The notes under the pieces are model-generated. The model did no database searches and was not told the DNA's origin. It saw only the letters and a program-made list of their open reading frames with translations. The position numbers and the translations under genes were made by a program. Source: Macrostomum lignano (taxonomy: Eukaryota). From it: 44,137 bases of DNA. The stretch spans positions 1 through 44,137 of the forward strand of contig NIVC01004496.1 in NCBI GenBank assembly GCA_002269645.1, read 5' to 3'. The number at the start of each line of letters is the position of its first letter. Position 1 is the first letter of the stretch. Positions 1 to 13,974 of the stretch are shown piece after piece.

Positions 1-1234
1 ATCTTCATCCATAAACAGGATTGTTGGTTTACTTAGTGGGAATTGTTAGCCTATCAAGTAGGTTGTTGAATGAATTGTCAGTCAATCAGAAGTTTACAAA
101 GTGATTTGTTGGCGTATAACCGGATTGTTGGTCCTGAAGAGTTTAAAAGTGTTGATCAGTCACTCGAAAACTCCCACTCTAGACACTGGGGAACAAGTGC
201 CTAGGTATATGCTAAATCAAATAAATCTTACTGAAGCGGCTCCTCTGGTAACTTGCAAGCGTCTTTGTCTTGAAGGGTGTAGCTGACCTTGCTTGCTGTA
301 GTGACGGCTGGCTTCGCGTGGATCCTTGACTTTAACTGTGGGTCGACCAAAAACGAGAGCGAATCAGAGATCTTGACGGTCCTCGAGCTCGGAATTAACA
401 ATAGAACGTGCGCTAATGAACAATTGAATTCTCTGAGTTCTGTAATAGATCCTCCCAAAGGGCGTCTTCGTCACGTCCGAAGCGTAACAGATAACTCAAA
501 TCAATAAATAAATCCTCTAAGAATATATCCTAGGAAATAAGGAGGCCTTTCTCAAAGATTTCGACAATAAATGGCTCTCGTAAACTCAATTAATCGACTT
601 ATTAATGCTAGCAACAAATAACTAAAGCTGTTAAACGCTTACCAATTGGACAAGTGTAGTCCCTCGGAGATTGATCTCCTTTTCTTCTTCAAAGTCTTAT
701 TTGAGACCGCTCCAAGTCTGAATTTTATTACTCGGATATTTACTTCGGTCATTCATGTTTGATTAAGCGGTCATGCATGTTTAAGCATTACCTTATATGG
801 AGTTAAGTAAACACAGCTGTTGAAAACCGGTTCCTTGATCAAACAGACGTTGGTCCTACGTAGGGTTCTAAATCACTCTACTTGCGCATGACTCTAGTCT
901 CTAGGTTGCAGATTAAAAATAGACTTTTCTTAGAGTATTACTTTATGTAGCACATTACGGTATGGTTTTAATAACTCTCTACAGTCCATAAAGGGAAGAG
1001 GGTTGTTGGCTTATGGTGGTCTTTATTTTTGGGGCCGGGTTTTATCTGATGACGCGTTTTTGTGTTGGTTGCGTATGGAAAAAATTAGTTGTAAGTCTAC
1101 ATGTTAATTTATAAATAATGAATAATGAAACAGATAAGGCTACTGCATGTTGGAAGCTGTATCAATCCAAGAATTTTTATGTAATGCTACAAAGTCCAGA
1201 GTGGTAAGATTTTCACAACTGTTAAAATTGTCAG

Positions 1235-4200
1235 ACGCTGCTGCTGGTTGAGCGCAGTCTGGAGCGCAGTCTCTCCAGCCACAGCCTGCCGACTCGGGCG
1301 TGACGGAGCCGCTTGCGGTTCACTGCAGCCTGCTGAAGGCGGCCCGAGCTGTGATGAAGAAGCCAATAGCTGGCAGACAGGAACCGGTGCTGAGCAGCTT
1401 CACAATGCGAGTGAAAGTCAGCCTAGGCGAATCTCTGCCACCGCAGGCCCGGCAGAACTTTGTCAGCCAACTGTCAACAATTGGCCGCATACGCGAGCGT
1501 CGCTGGCTGGTGACTTCAGCGCTGGGAGGCTCCGAGGCGGTCAAAATGGCCACCGAGCACCCCAGCCTGGCACTGTCACCCGTCGGCTCGGTCGCCGTCC
1601 GTCTCGAGGGGGCATCCCGGATGACGCCAGCTCAGCTGCCACCTTCCGAGTCGGCCGCCTTCTGCTTCCTGCCGCTGCCATCTGGCGCTGAGGCTCCACC
1701 GTTCCCGGTGCTTTTGAACGGCGCGTTTGCGCTCGACTCGAGCCGGCGCCACCTGCTCGAGGCGACAGGCGACGACAGGCGGGGCGAATGGAGCCCCGGC
1801 CAGTGGAACGCCTGCCTGTTATCAGGCGTTGTGGCGCCCGCCTATTTGCGCTGCCTGGAACTGCTGGCAAAGGTGGAGCCCGGCCGAGAAGTTTCTCCGT
1901 CTCTGGCCGCAGGGAATGGTGAGTTGCTATTCGATTTTCTAGTATGGAAGAGTTTTTTCTAAACTTTCGAATAGCGAGTTTTGAGAACCGTTTGGAAATA
2001 TTTTCAAAAATATCCGAACGAGTAATTGCTATTCATGATGCTTGAGTCTATCTTGTGCTTAACCTATTTTGTGCTTAACAAATGCTTCATCAGCGACTTT
2101 TGTGTAGTTTAAGCTGTGGACGAGTCCTAAAATTTGTGTCAGCTCACCAACGCACCATTTCTCATGTACTTTAGATCGGCCGACTGTGGGAGCCGCTTGC
2201 CCGCCAGTTGTACAAGTCGGCATTTAAATTAGATGGTCCAGCCGTGTTCCCCTGTTCCGACAGCTGGCTTAGTTTTGCCAGGAGCGAATTCGCCGAACCA
2301 AGTCTGCGCAGCTTCACCAACGTTGCCAAACACTTGGAGAGTCTGATTGACCAAGTCTCTGATGGAATCGTCTGGTTAACCGCTGAAGTGCATGCAGCCG
2401 CGATCAAGTACGCCGGTCGAGAGTTTCAATGCCGCATTCTGTCTGTAGAAGACGCCGTCCTGCGTATACTGAATTCTACTGAAAAGCTGTGGCAGAGCGA
2501 TACGATATTTTCGCGCAGTAATCGATCGCACTTTGAAGAATTTATTTCGTTTCTTTTAAAACTGATTGGACGGCCCGGCTTTCAGTTTGACTCCTGCAGC
2601 GCACTGGTTACGCAGAAGGTGCGCGATAAAATGCGCACCACATCTGCATACCCGACGGTCGTGGAAGCCTAAAAAGGCCAGCAGACCTGCTTAGTCCCAA
2701 GTGCCGAGCTGCCAGCCTGTTCTGCCGCACACCAGACTCCGCAGATGCAGCGATGTTTCCTCGAAATGACCTGTGCTCCGATGATTGTGTACTGAAAGCT
2801 CTGAACAACCTTGGCTTGCGCACGGACATCACTGGACTGGAACTCGAGGAGCGAGCAAAAAGTGTTTCCAAGTTGCTGAACTCTCAGCTTCAGTACAATC
2901 GTATTCGCAGTCTGCTCTACTACCTTCGGGGAATGAAAAGTTCGGAAAAAAATTACGCTTTGTCTCAGTTGTCTAGGATTGCTTTCCTGCCTGTTAAGGG
3001 AGACAACTGTCTGAAATATCCACAGAATCTGTTCCGCGAGCACCTCGCAGATCTTGTCGGTCTAAACTACGATGTGCTTGACGAAACCGTTCTAAACATT
3101 ATGATGTGGATGATGTGCTAGTTGAACTGGGCGTGCGCGACTCTGTTAGCTGGGATCTGGCTTGGCAGCAGCTGCAGTCGCTGGCCAGTAGTCATTCATC
3201 AGATTCAGATCTTTGCTACACAGATATATGTGAAGCTGTTTACCGGCACCTCTCTGGCGATCAGTTTTCTGAAGAAATTAAACGCATGAAAAAGGCTCAA
3301 ACGTCGAACAGCCGGAAACGATTAGTATTCACGAAACCGGAGGCTTCTTGCTTCCACAGCAGGTCTCGTTTGAACCCACTGATACAGAGCTGCCGCCTCA
3401 TCTTTTCACGTTGCGATACCTTCGAAAACCTAAAAAGTGTGCACCATTTCTACATGCTCTCGGCGTTGCCACAAGGTTTGATGCCAGAAGTTATTGTCAA
3501 GCTCTTGCGCGCATCCATCAGCAAAGCAGCAGCGCTCCGGTATCACCGATAGTTCTACGAAGCTGCGTTGAACTACTTAACTGCTTAATCAGTCACCTGG
3601 ATACTGACGAAGATGTACCTTACTTAGAGGAGATTTTTGCACCTGACAGATCTGGAGCACTGAGACCCTGCTCAGAACTGTGCTACAACAATCTGCCATG
3701 GTTAAGCCAACTAGACCCTATGCCTGGTCTATATTTTACGCACAAGTGTCTGTCCTATGAGATCTGCGAGCGCCTTGGAGTGCCAACTCAACGAGAACAG
3801 ACCCTCCGACAGATTTGTGAGCCTTTTGGCCAAAGCGAGAATCTTACCACTCGTCTAGAAGGAATCCTAAGGGGTTACCCTCTTGGCATTGAGCTCTTCA
3901 AAGAACTTATTCAAAATGCTGACGATGCGGAAGCAACAGAAGTCGTGTTTGTAAATGACAAGCGCAAGCTACCTGGAAAGCAAGTGCTGAGTGATTCCTG
4001 GCATGAGTTGCAGGGGCCTGCACTTTTGGCGTTCAGCAACTCTGTCTTCACCGAGTCGGACTTGAAGGGCATTCAGAGCTTGGGCGTTGGATCAAAGCAG
4101 TCTGAAGCGTGGAAGACTGGCCGTTTTGGTGTTGGATTCAACTGTGTGTACAACGTTACAGACGTACCACAGTTCATTAGCAATGGCGATACTTTCTGTG

Positions 4201-7200
4201 TTCTGGATCCTCACTGCAGGTACACACATCTCGCCGGTACAACTACTCCAGGTGCTAAATATTCACTGACCCAGAGACACAAAAAAATGTTCAAGGACGC
4301 GTTGGAGGGCTTCCTACCAGGACGTCTGCAACAGGCTGGATGCACAATTTTTCGATTACCCTTGAGAACTCCTGATCAAGCGGAAAAGTCCAAGATCTGC
4401 AGCTCTTCAGTCAGTAGCGCTATGATCGAAGAACTCTTCGAAGAATTCCGAAGTGAAATTGCCAGCACAATGCTCTTTCTTACAAATGTCCGACATCACC
4501 TTGATGGAGGTGCACCTGGACGGAACGATCACAGAGATTTGTGTAGCGAATGCTCGAGCCTCGACATCAATAGGTGATTTTTCTGCATTCAATGCATCTT
4601 GTCGCAGCGTTGGCATGTCGCTGAACAGCAGCGGGTGCTGCACTGACCAGTTTGACATGCGACACAATTGCTTACACTCTGGAGATTAGCGAGAAAGCGG
4701 ACAAATTAGGCAGTAAAAAACAAGGCTCTGTCGCTACTGAAAAATGGATGATAGCTCAGTGTGTGAGCCTGCCTCAGAATGGGCTGCTGCTCAACTGAAG
4801 GAGCTTGAGAAGAAAGTTGCCGCTGGAGGCTGGCCAATCCTTCCAAAAGTAGGCGTCGCGGCCAGGCTGTCTAATCAGAGTACTCACAGAGATACGGAGA
4901 TTTATCGCGTGTTCTCGCTTTTGCCACTGCCAATAAGCACGGAACTACCGGTTCATATTAACGGTTGCTTTGTACTTGACCCGTCAAGGCGCGCTCTGTG
5001 GTGCGGTCATTCAGTGGACGCAGAGACGCAGTGGAACGATATGCTCACATGTGAACTTCTTCCCCACTGCTATGCAACGATGCTAAACGCAATCAAACAG
5101 CAGCCTGACCTTTCACTTGATTGCTACTGCTCTTTGCTACCAAAACTAGGAGAAAGTAGTTCATTGTGGACCAAAATGGCAAATAGGTTGTATGGAGAGC
5201 TTCTGACAGGCCGATGGGCTCTGCTGCCATGCCAGTCTGGAGCGAATAGAACCGTTTCTTGGCTTCCACTTGCCACATCGGAGGAATCAGTTGACGGCAA
5301 GACATGCTTTTTAGTGGGAAGCGCGAGCATACATGATCAGCGACCAGTGCTGATGCAGTTGGGTATTCCATTGATCGTTAAAAAGTTGGAACATTTAATA
5401 TCGCGCTTTTGCATGCTTAACTGCAGTCGAGAAACAAAGAGCTACATTCCCGTTTTGAGTCCAGCAGTTTTGTCAAACTATCTAAATGGGCCACTGTGTG
5501 CAAGACTTCGCAGGGCTCCCAATGTCAGTGGAGGAAACGCTTTTCCAGAATGCAGAAATGTCGCTTGTGTGATCGAATTCATTACGCGATCATACACGAC
5601 GGCCTCAGATGCGCATATGAAGTGCAACTGCTTACTGGAACTCCACTCAACTTGGCAGCTGACAATGTCCTTGAATTATTTTCAACAGAGAAAGCGGCAT
5701 TCCTGACCTCATGGTCAGAACGAATTTTCTCCGATCCAAATGCTCGAAAAATGTTTGTTCATAAACTCGTTCTAAAAATTTTCTCCGAAAATTTTGAGTC
5801 GTACAAAAAGGCAATCGAATCAAGACTTTTCAAAGAGTTTGGAATTGCTGATTTCAGTGAGCTCCTTGCCAAGTTTTTCCCTGATTTGATCTGCTCAAGT
5901 AGACGCTTGATTCCTAACATAAACTCGACTGGTGATGCTTTTGTTTCTGACGAATGGTTGACTAATGTTTGGGAATTCCTTTCATCGAAATTATACTCTG
6001 AATCGCATCAGTTAAATAAACTCTCTTGTTTATCAAATGCAGCTTTGCTTCCTATTGAGTCGGGCTCAAATGACTCTTCTCAATCGAAACTTGCAACAGT
6101 TTCTCTTTTGCCGTGTGTTCTATGCGTAGATGGATGTGCATCGCTCAGCAATCTAAACATCGATCTTCTCGCTGCTCTTGATGAGCTGCATTGTCCGAAA
6201 ATCAACTCGGACAATTCTTTCTTGCGGAGCCACTGCGGCTCGGTAGATCGACCGGCTAAAATGCTCCGTGTTTTTAATTGTATTCTAATGAGCAAGTCAC
6301 CTAGCAGCAGGCAAGCTTTCGTTGTTTTACAATACATCCAAGAAAACTGGCAGTCTTTGTTGTCGGCTTACAAAGTTGAGCAGCTGTGTACAATTGTAAA
6401 GAAGTTGCCGATATTCGTCACACTCGATGGTCAATGCGTCAGCGTAAGCGACAAAACTGTCTACGTCTTGTCAGCTAAGATAGCCACCTCTGACATGCAC
6501 TTATGGAAATTGGATCAATCTACGGTTTTACTTAAACAAGAAAACAGCTAAAGAACCTGTTTACTTGCCTGAGCTTTTCCAATTTGGACCAATGGGGTGC
6601 GTATGCTGCTTTCATTTTGCCAGTTTTTCTGAATTTTCTAACAGTACGAAGTTTCAACATATCGATATGCTTCAGAAGAAAGTTTCCCAGTTGTTGCCGG
6701 AACAAAAGCTGAGAGCTGAACAGAAGAATGTTTTGGCTCTTCTAAAATCCACAGAGATTGTGTTCGCTCATGCAGATGGCGTTTAGCCAGTGCGTTCTAT
6801 GATGACAGCGTTGAACTCTTCAAGCATATTGTTCCGGAGGATGAGCTTTTGCCTTCACACTATCGACAGCAAAGTATGCGAAAGCTATTAAATCATGCTG
6901 GACTGATTTCCGAATGCTCAGAAGACCTACTCCTTTCGTTTGCTAAAAATCTCGAAGAAGAGGGGCAGAGAAAATTTACGGCCGACGTAACAAAAAAATC
7001 TGAAGCCATAATATCGTACTTAAAACAACCAGGTTCCGCTCTAAGTGATAGTTGCTTGGGCCGCCTGGCAAACATTTCATTCGTTGTCTCTGATGAGCTC
7101 AATGAGCTACAGTCTCTTTTTGAAGTCAAGCAATCAAAAATGCTTAAGCTTAGAGACTCAGTTCGGTTCTCTAATAGATTTCTGTGCTGGACGGCAAGCA

Positions 7201-9727
7201 CAATCTGTCCAGAGTACGTGAAGCAGATCAGTCAGCATTTTGGCAAGCTTGCAGTACGCCAGGTTCCCACTGCCGATGACTTCAAGAAGCACTTGAATAA
7301 TTTGCTTTCGAGCAGTTCTTTTCTGTCTGTGCGTCTATCAGAAGAAAATGTGGAACTTAGGAAAAAGATTATGAATAAAATTTACCAGCATATCAAAAAA
7401 AATTTACAATTAAGTGAATTTGCAAGTCTTGAAATATTAAGGCGCGGTCCGTTCGTCATCGTTGATAATGGAAAGTATCTTCTACCCGCCAAGTGCATTT
7501 GCCTTGTTAGTTCAAAAGAAATACCGCCTTATATTATTTCTTGTCCGCGAGAACTGATGCAGTTTTCAGAAGTATTCGAAACTTTTGGCGCGACCAGAGA
7601 AATTACGATGAGTCAAGTATACTATGCGCTGCAGTGCTTGAAGGAAAAATCAGACGCAAGTTATGCTCTTGGAGAAGAAGAAATGAATGTAGTTTCCGAA
7701 TGCTTATCTGTTATGACTAATCTGCTAGATCGCGATGAGCAAAATTTCAGTCAGAAAACAACACCGCTGTATCTCACAACTAGCTCTAAACATAAGGACA
7801 AGCAGGTTCTCTGTATGGAGAATGTGCTGAACCTGGCTATCAACGATGCACCGGACTATTACAAGCGAATTGGAGGTCACTGCGAGTTACATGTACAGCT
7901 TATAGATATCGAATTTGCAAATCTTAACTCGGACAAACAGAATATGTTAAACAAATATCTGCGCGACAATCTGGGTGTCCGGACACTGAGTCAACTTGTC
8001 AACGAGCGCCTGGCAGACAACAGTCAGCACTGTAAAATAGATGGCTGCTCAGTTGCTCAGACTGTGAAGAAGAAGCTGATTCATCCTGATATGTTGAACG
8101 GACTGGTCCGAATTATTCAACATGCGGATGGTCGTGTCGGTTAACCCTTGAGACTTGTCATGACAAGCTGAAAGCTGCTCTGGTCGAGCTGAAAGTACAG
8201 TGCATGAAGGACTTAATGTCCGTATTATCAGTAGATGACAAAGTATTCGTTGACTCGCAGCAGGAAAAGAAAAGTTTTTTAGTTGAGAAAACTATCTACG
8301 TGAGGCACACAGACAGTGACTGTGGCAATGACTATATTACGTTATGGTACAAGGAGCTCACAGTTGTTGTTAATTCCTTTGTTTCTAGTGTGCTTGGATT
8401 TAAGACGGATATTTGCGGCAATATGCAAACGTGGCTGCGTTTTGAAGACTTAACCTTGATAGCAACGGAGCTTGACAAAGACAATGTAGCCACTTGTTCT
8501 TTTGGCCATGAAGGTGCAGAGCAAGAGCGCTGTGACGTTGCACTTGGCAGTTTGGTTCCGGCCATGCTTCGCAGTCAACTCCAAGAACTTACCAGCTTCC
8601 AGCATGACCGTCTACTGCAGTTTGAGCCCGGTGAGTTAGTAGCTCTGCACCAACGGACTGAGAATGATGACACTGATACTTTCGTGCTTGCTAGAGTAGT
8701 TGCTAGGAGTGACAGGAGTAGTAGTAACTCGTGGCTGCAGGAGTACACGGTTGAGGTGGGAGCCAATGGTACTGTGCGCAGTACAGCACTAGAACTTTTT
8801 AACATCAGACAGCAGAGAGAAAGCTTGGCGGACATAGGCGACTCCAGTGAAGAAGATGCTGCGCTTCAGGAGGAACTTTCGCGTCTGCTGCAGCAAGGTC
8901 AGTCGCTGCCAGCCTCAAGCGATTGCAGACTCGCTGTTAGAAGAGTGGTTCAGCACTGCAGTCCTGGCCGACATTCAGCAACCTTTGATCACAGAACAGA
9001 AAGCACCAGCAGTCTATCGTTTGTGCAAGCCTTGCACAATTATGTAAATACACAAGTTGCGCGCATTGGATCCAATTTTGTGCGCGAGATGCTCTCAAAA
9101 TGGCAGAGTGATGCTGATGACGTAGGAACTGCCGGTCATTTGCTATTAGAGTTGGACTCACCTGATTCTACTACGACGTTGTCAACTAGGAAACGACGCG
9201 CTCCAACAGCCGCTACATCAGGTGGAGAGTTCAGTTTTCCGGCCAAAATTTTCCGCTCTTCTTGCAGTACATCCTGCATCAGCTCTGCCACTGTCTCGCC
9301 AGGTCGCGATATCGCCCTGCACTATTGGCGCGTTGCTCGCGACGACCACCGCGCCGGCGGTAATGACATACACAGAGATCAGCGCCTAGCAGCGAACTGG
9401 GCTGTCTACAAAGCGCATCAGGCGGCTGAAAAAGCGCTCAAGGCGGCGGTTTTGGCGTCCGGCAAGCCGGCAGTAAAGAGCCACAGGCTGCAAGACAATC
9501 TTGGCTTGATTGTCCAACAGGACATGCAGCGTCGTCTTTTGACTTTTGCTGGCGCTTTGACCCGATCGCAGGGCTCCGTTGACTGTCGCTACCCGGGCGG
9601 ATCCAGCGACCCGTCGGCGCTGAGTCGCAAGGATGCGAAGTCTGCGCTTGAGGCGTCCGAAAATATTTTAGAAGAAGTTCGCACTTTTCTTCTCGAGTTG
9701 GGCTTCAGTGATGCTGAGCTGAACTAA
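1235..9727 (+). CDS. SACS: Sacsin-like gene, 3' portion (5' exons outside the window). Two exons (~1235-1918, 2175-9727); the reading frame is interrupted by ~12 single-base shifts.
   Basis: ORF fragments join into sacsin motifs: AFCFLPLP..PVLLNGAFALDSSRRHL, FGQSENLTTRLEGILRGYP, ELIQNADDA, KTGRFGVGFNCVYNVTDVP, PVHINGCFVLDPSRRALW, FEPGELV, and HEPN-type HQAAEKALKA..RYP. Intron 1919-2174 (GTGAGT..TTTAG) joins FLRLWPQGM to IGRLWEPLARQLY in phase 0 after one frame correction near 1880. The 5' boundary (AG at 1233-1234) is tentative. Confidence 0.9.
3820..4400 (+). other. SACS: GHKL/HSP90-like ATPase subdomain at the start of the last sacsin repeat region
   Basis: ELIQNADDA (Bergerat box I) and GRFGVGF (box III) are intact in ORF 3348-4577. 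Confidence 0.9.
9300..9710 (+). other. SACS: C-terminal HEPN domain of sacsin
   Basis: YWRVARDD..NWAVYKAHQAAEKALKAAV..SHRL..CRYP..A..ILEEV at the end of ORF 8204-9727. Confidence 0.85.
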
Positions 9728-9957
9728 CTGTGGTTTAACTGATGCGGGTTTTAATTTTTAAACATTTTTATTACCATCGTACATTGCATACCAGCGTAGA
9801 ATGGGTGTAAAATACTTTTTGAAACTTGTAAGACTTTTCATTCATAAACTTTTCCTAAATTTTATCTTTAATTTTTTTTAATCAAAATTTTTTTCTCAGC
9901 CTCAGCTTTTCGAAAGGATATTCTTTACAATAATCATATTGATATTTTTTCTTCATC

Positions 9958-9963
9958 AATAAA
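9958..9963 (+). promoter_or_regulatory. Candidate polyadenylation signal of the SACS-like gene
   Basis: AATAAA about 230 nt after the stop codon. Confidence 0.4.
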
Positions 9964-12900
9964 GGCAAGTTTTATCTCTAAGACGAAGCTAAATTGCTGA
10001 CCATTTTCACATCGATTGCTATTTTACTTTCATTTACATGCTCCGTCACATCTGGTACCGAATGGATTGTCAATTCGACTTTGCATAACATAACTTTCAA
10101 TTGTTCGTCACGCTACTGCCTATCAGTAATATCATTCGCTATATCACTATTTGTTATTTCCGTTTAATTTAAATTTAAATTTTAGCTCGTGTGAGTGAAT
10201 TTTTATCAAAGTTTCAATTGTAGTCTTGCATGGGATTCAGCGGTAAAAGCTGTGCTAAAGAGTCGAGGCTAATGCTTTCTATTTTAAAAGCTACTTTTAA
10301 AAGCTCTCATTATCCAATGTCAGATGTGAGTTTGTTTTCGAAATTCTATCGATTTCGACCAAGTCTCTCAGGTTATGATTGTAATTCTTAAAGTTAGTGA
10401 GATTTCTCGAGAATAGATGGATTTTAGGAATAAAAACAATTGCTGAAAGGTGTGCCAATCGACTGTCACACATTCTCAAAAAGACCTCATCTCCAAAACT
10501 AGTGTTGCTGATATTAGACGCCTGTACATGTATAGAATGGTTATGCTTTGAAATTCGGTTTATTATATTTTTTCATCGCACGGTACATTTATGCGCAGGT
10601 GTCTGAAGTTTTATCGACCTATTGTCAATCCAGTTTGGGTTACATATTTTCGCGATGCTCAGTGGCTTTTCCGCGGTTTCTAAATATTTCTAAACAAAAA
10701 CGATTTTGATTCGAACAATGGCCGCTGAATCTGGATAATAACAATTAAATCACCAATAAGAGTGGCTTAAATCACTCCACGGCGTACCTGCAGTTTTGTA
10801 GGTTCTTTCCCCAGTCAAGTAGCAACATAGCCAACTAAAGTGCAAATAACTGAGTTCCAGTGCGACAAAATCAAATCAAGTTGCAATTTTTCAATCCAGA
10901 GTTACCATACAAACGACCAAGTCAAGTGCATCTTAGTCATTTCAAGCAGCAGACTCATTCGTTTTCTGCTGTATAATTTCTCTTATGCCAAGTGCAAGCA
11001 AGTCTCCTCACTCAAATGCGCCTGCTTGTCATAATGTCCCCAGCGGATATTATGGCTCTTGCGGCAGCCATTTTTCTATTCTGTTGGCTATTCGCAACAG
11101 TGGGGTAATATCGCGAAGAGCTCTGATTGGCTAATTTAGCAGATAAACTCAATTTTATGCACTTTTGATGGCTATATATATTGCTGGCTATATATTGATC
11201 GGTTGATTTTCCGTGAACTGCAATACCACTATAGCAGCGTGTGTCTATTGAATCTGTTTCAACTCATTTTAAAATATCTTTTTTTTGACTAAAACTATTA
11301 ATACATATTCAAATATTTTCAACTAATTTCTACCTAAAGTTGCGTTAACACTGTAACGGTCCTTTTTTATATCACAAGGTTCACTTTATTTGTGTGCTAT
11401 TTTTTATTTAATTAACGTCTTTAAGGTAGAAAATCTATCAAAAAAGCCACCAAAAATATATTGACTGACAATGGCAACCACAATATTGCCACGCGTCTAA
11501 TTATTCGTTCAATTAGCCCACAATTATCATCACTGTTAGATTTTTAATTTCCGTGTTTCGGTTTGGCCATTCCAAAGAATGCCGAGCAAAGTATATATAA
11601 GACAATACAAATTTCGCAGCTGCAGTAAAAAGCCAAGAATGCAGCTTCCCAGGCATTTACTTTTTGACCATGAAAAGCAATCTGCTTGTTGATATTTACC
11701 TTGTATATTATTTATGCATAGTAATAATAATAATAACAATAAATTGATTACACCAGCCTATGGGCAGACGTGCAACCGACAGCTCAGCCTCACCTAATTC
11801 CGCGCTGCATCTGAAGGCTGCGTACGGCTGTTCGCTCCGCCAAAGGACTGGTGGATCGTCACACACATCCTCAATCTTAGATTATACAATCTCTAGATGG
11901 GCGTGCTTCAGGGTTAACACGCTGGCGCCTCTTCTATTTCTGCTGTTACTGGACTACATGTAGGTGCTGAGGATCGGCCTGTCTGAATAGGTACCGTCCT
12001 TCTACTTAAGTCGTCCTTGATAAGCTCATAAAAGTTTTTTTTCTGCGTGAGGCACTAGTGAAATAAGATTGAATTTTATCCATGCATGCGTTAGTCAGTC
12101 CCTCACTTTTCTCTTTCAAGAAGACCGATATTTCATGTATAGTTTATGTGCGTATAAACTATAAAGAGCTTAAGAACCGAATGAACGTTTATCCACTTTT
12201 AATGGATAATATGCCTTTAGTTAAGCCCACTTGATAAGTTTTTTTGGATCTTAGCTTCTTAGCTCTTTGATTTAGCGAATTTGTTATATAGAAATCAACT
12301 TTACCTGGCATTTGAACTGGGTAAATTCGTCGAAGCGAATTTTTAAGTTGCCTTAGTTGACTGTTTTAACCGGAGGGCTCCAGACAACAGTTGGACGTTT
12401 ACTCGAAATTGTTCTAATGTAACCATAATCATTATAGTAAGCCCATTGATCGTCGATTACAATTTAAAATAATGGTCCTATTTTTCTCAGATGAACTCTT
12501 GAATTCAATTCTAAGCTAGCTAATCCTGCTAATGTTTGAATCTAATCTAATCGAATACAAAATAACTATGAATTGTTCCACAGGCCCTGGTTTCAAATAG
12601 GCCTAGGTATTATAGGCCAGATTCTTAGCATTTACAATATGGCAAGAGCAGGTCAAGAGTTGTGTTTTTAATTGGTTAGTTGGTTGATTTAGTTGGTTAA
12701 ATACCAATATACTCTAACTCTATCTCTATAAGTTGCATAGCTAGCCAAAGCTAGTAGACCTATCTTATTCTTAGCAGGTATGAGATTTTTTTATAAAGAT
12801 AATTAGGATATAATTAATAAAGATATATTAAAAGGTTTAAATATGATTTTTAGTCTAATTTTATTGGATCTTAATTTTCATAGGCCCTAATTAAAATAAT

Positions 12901-13020
12901 GTCCCAGGGCTCTTCTTTATTCTTTTGTTTAGCCTTACTTGCTGCCACCAAAGTTATAACAGGGGTAATAGTTCTCTATAATCACTGCTCTTACGGATTA
13001 TATTATCTGTCTAATTACTA

Positions 13021-13083
13021 GTAGCACATGTACTTTTATTGGTAGCTTATGTACTTTTATTGGTAGCATCTATACTTTTATTG
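13021..13083. repeat. Three copies of a 21-bp tandem repeat
   Basis: gtagcacatgtacttttattg / gtagcttatgtacttttattg / gtagcatctatacttttattg. Confidence 0.7.
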
Positions 13084-13974
13084 TACTTTCTGGCCTGAGC
13101 GGTCTTTTAGGCACTGTCTATCCTATCCCTATATTCCTCTAAAGATATTATTCTCTCAGTCCTGGGCGTTCCCGGGATTAGAGGGTCACAGTGCACTTTG
13201 CTGGGTATTCTGCCCTGAGGCGGGTTTCTTAGACTCTAAGCCTAGATTTCTCTACCCTGTGGTAGGAATTCTGCCTTCCAAAGGTGGGTTACTAGACCCC
13301 TGAGTCTAGGATCTCTCATTCTCTAAGAACAGATTGAACTCCCAATCTTGGGGCAACTCCTAAACTACTATCTACTACTTGAAATAAGTAACACGAGCAA
13401 ATATAAGCCCATGGCTGATAAAATTTCTTCTCAAGTGAGAGTATTAAAGTTGTTCAACAAGGAACAGGAATACTTTGCCAGGCTCCCAAGTGGCCTCTAT
13501 TTATAGTAAAAATTTCTTATTGTTTCAAACAAAATATTATACAAAAAATATAGAAAATAAAGAAAATATTTAAAATATTCGCATAGTATAACAATAGCAG
13601 TTTTTTAATTTATACATTTCTAAGAAATGTAAAACTACTTACTAAAATTGAGGCCTATTGCAATAATTTATAAAGTCTAAAAACTTAAAATAGGGATAAT
13701 TATAATATCATTAAAAATAATAATATTAGCAAATTCTAACCTAAGAAAAAGGCTCAGCAAAAAATCTTGTTATAAAGTATTTTATATTTATATAGGCCTA
13801 ATAATTTATTACATTAGTTATTAGGAATATAGGCCTAACACATTTGTTTCTTTGTATAATAGAAAAATAATAATAACTTTTAGTCAAAGTGGTTGCACAA
13901 AGTTTGCACAAATCTAATGCTATCTTCTCAGTGGTAGAGAGGGAGGGTAAAAGGAGCTATTGCATTTAGGTAAC

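Noticed and set aside
988-1080. Polypurine tract + TGTTGG as an LTR start; CTGATGA as a hammerhead core
   Set aside because: No matching LTR end or TSD, and stem II does not pair before GAAA.
2600-8204. Programmed ribosomal frameshifting in sacsin
   Set aside because: No shared slippery or stop-adjacent motif, shifts go in both directions, and similar -1 breaks occur in the TASOR-like gene.
11700-13400. Possible LINE tail ((AAT)n) and LTR-like non-coding stretch
   Set aside because: No recognisable domain, terminal repeats or TSD could be identified by eye.
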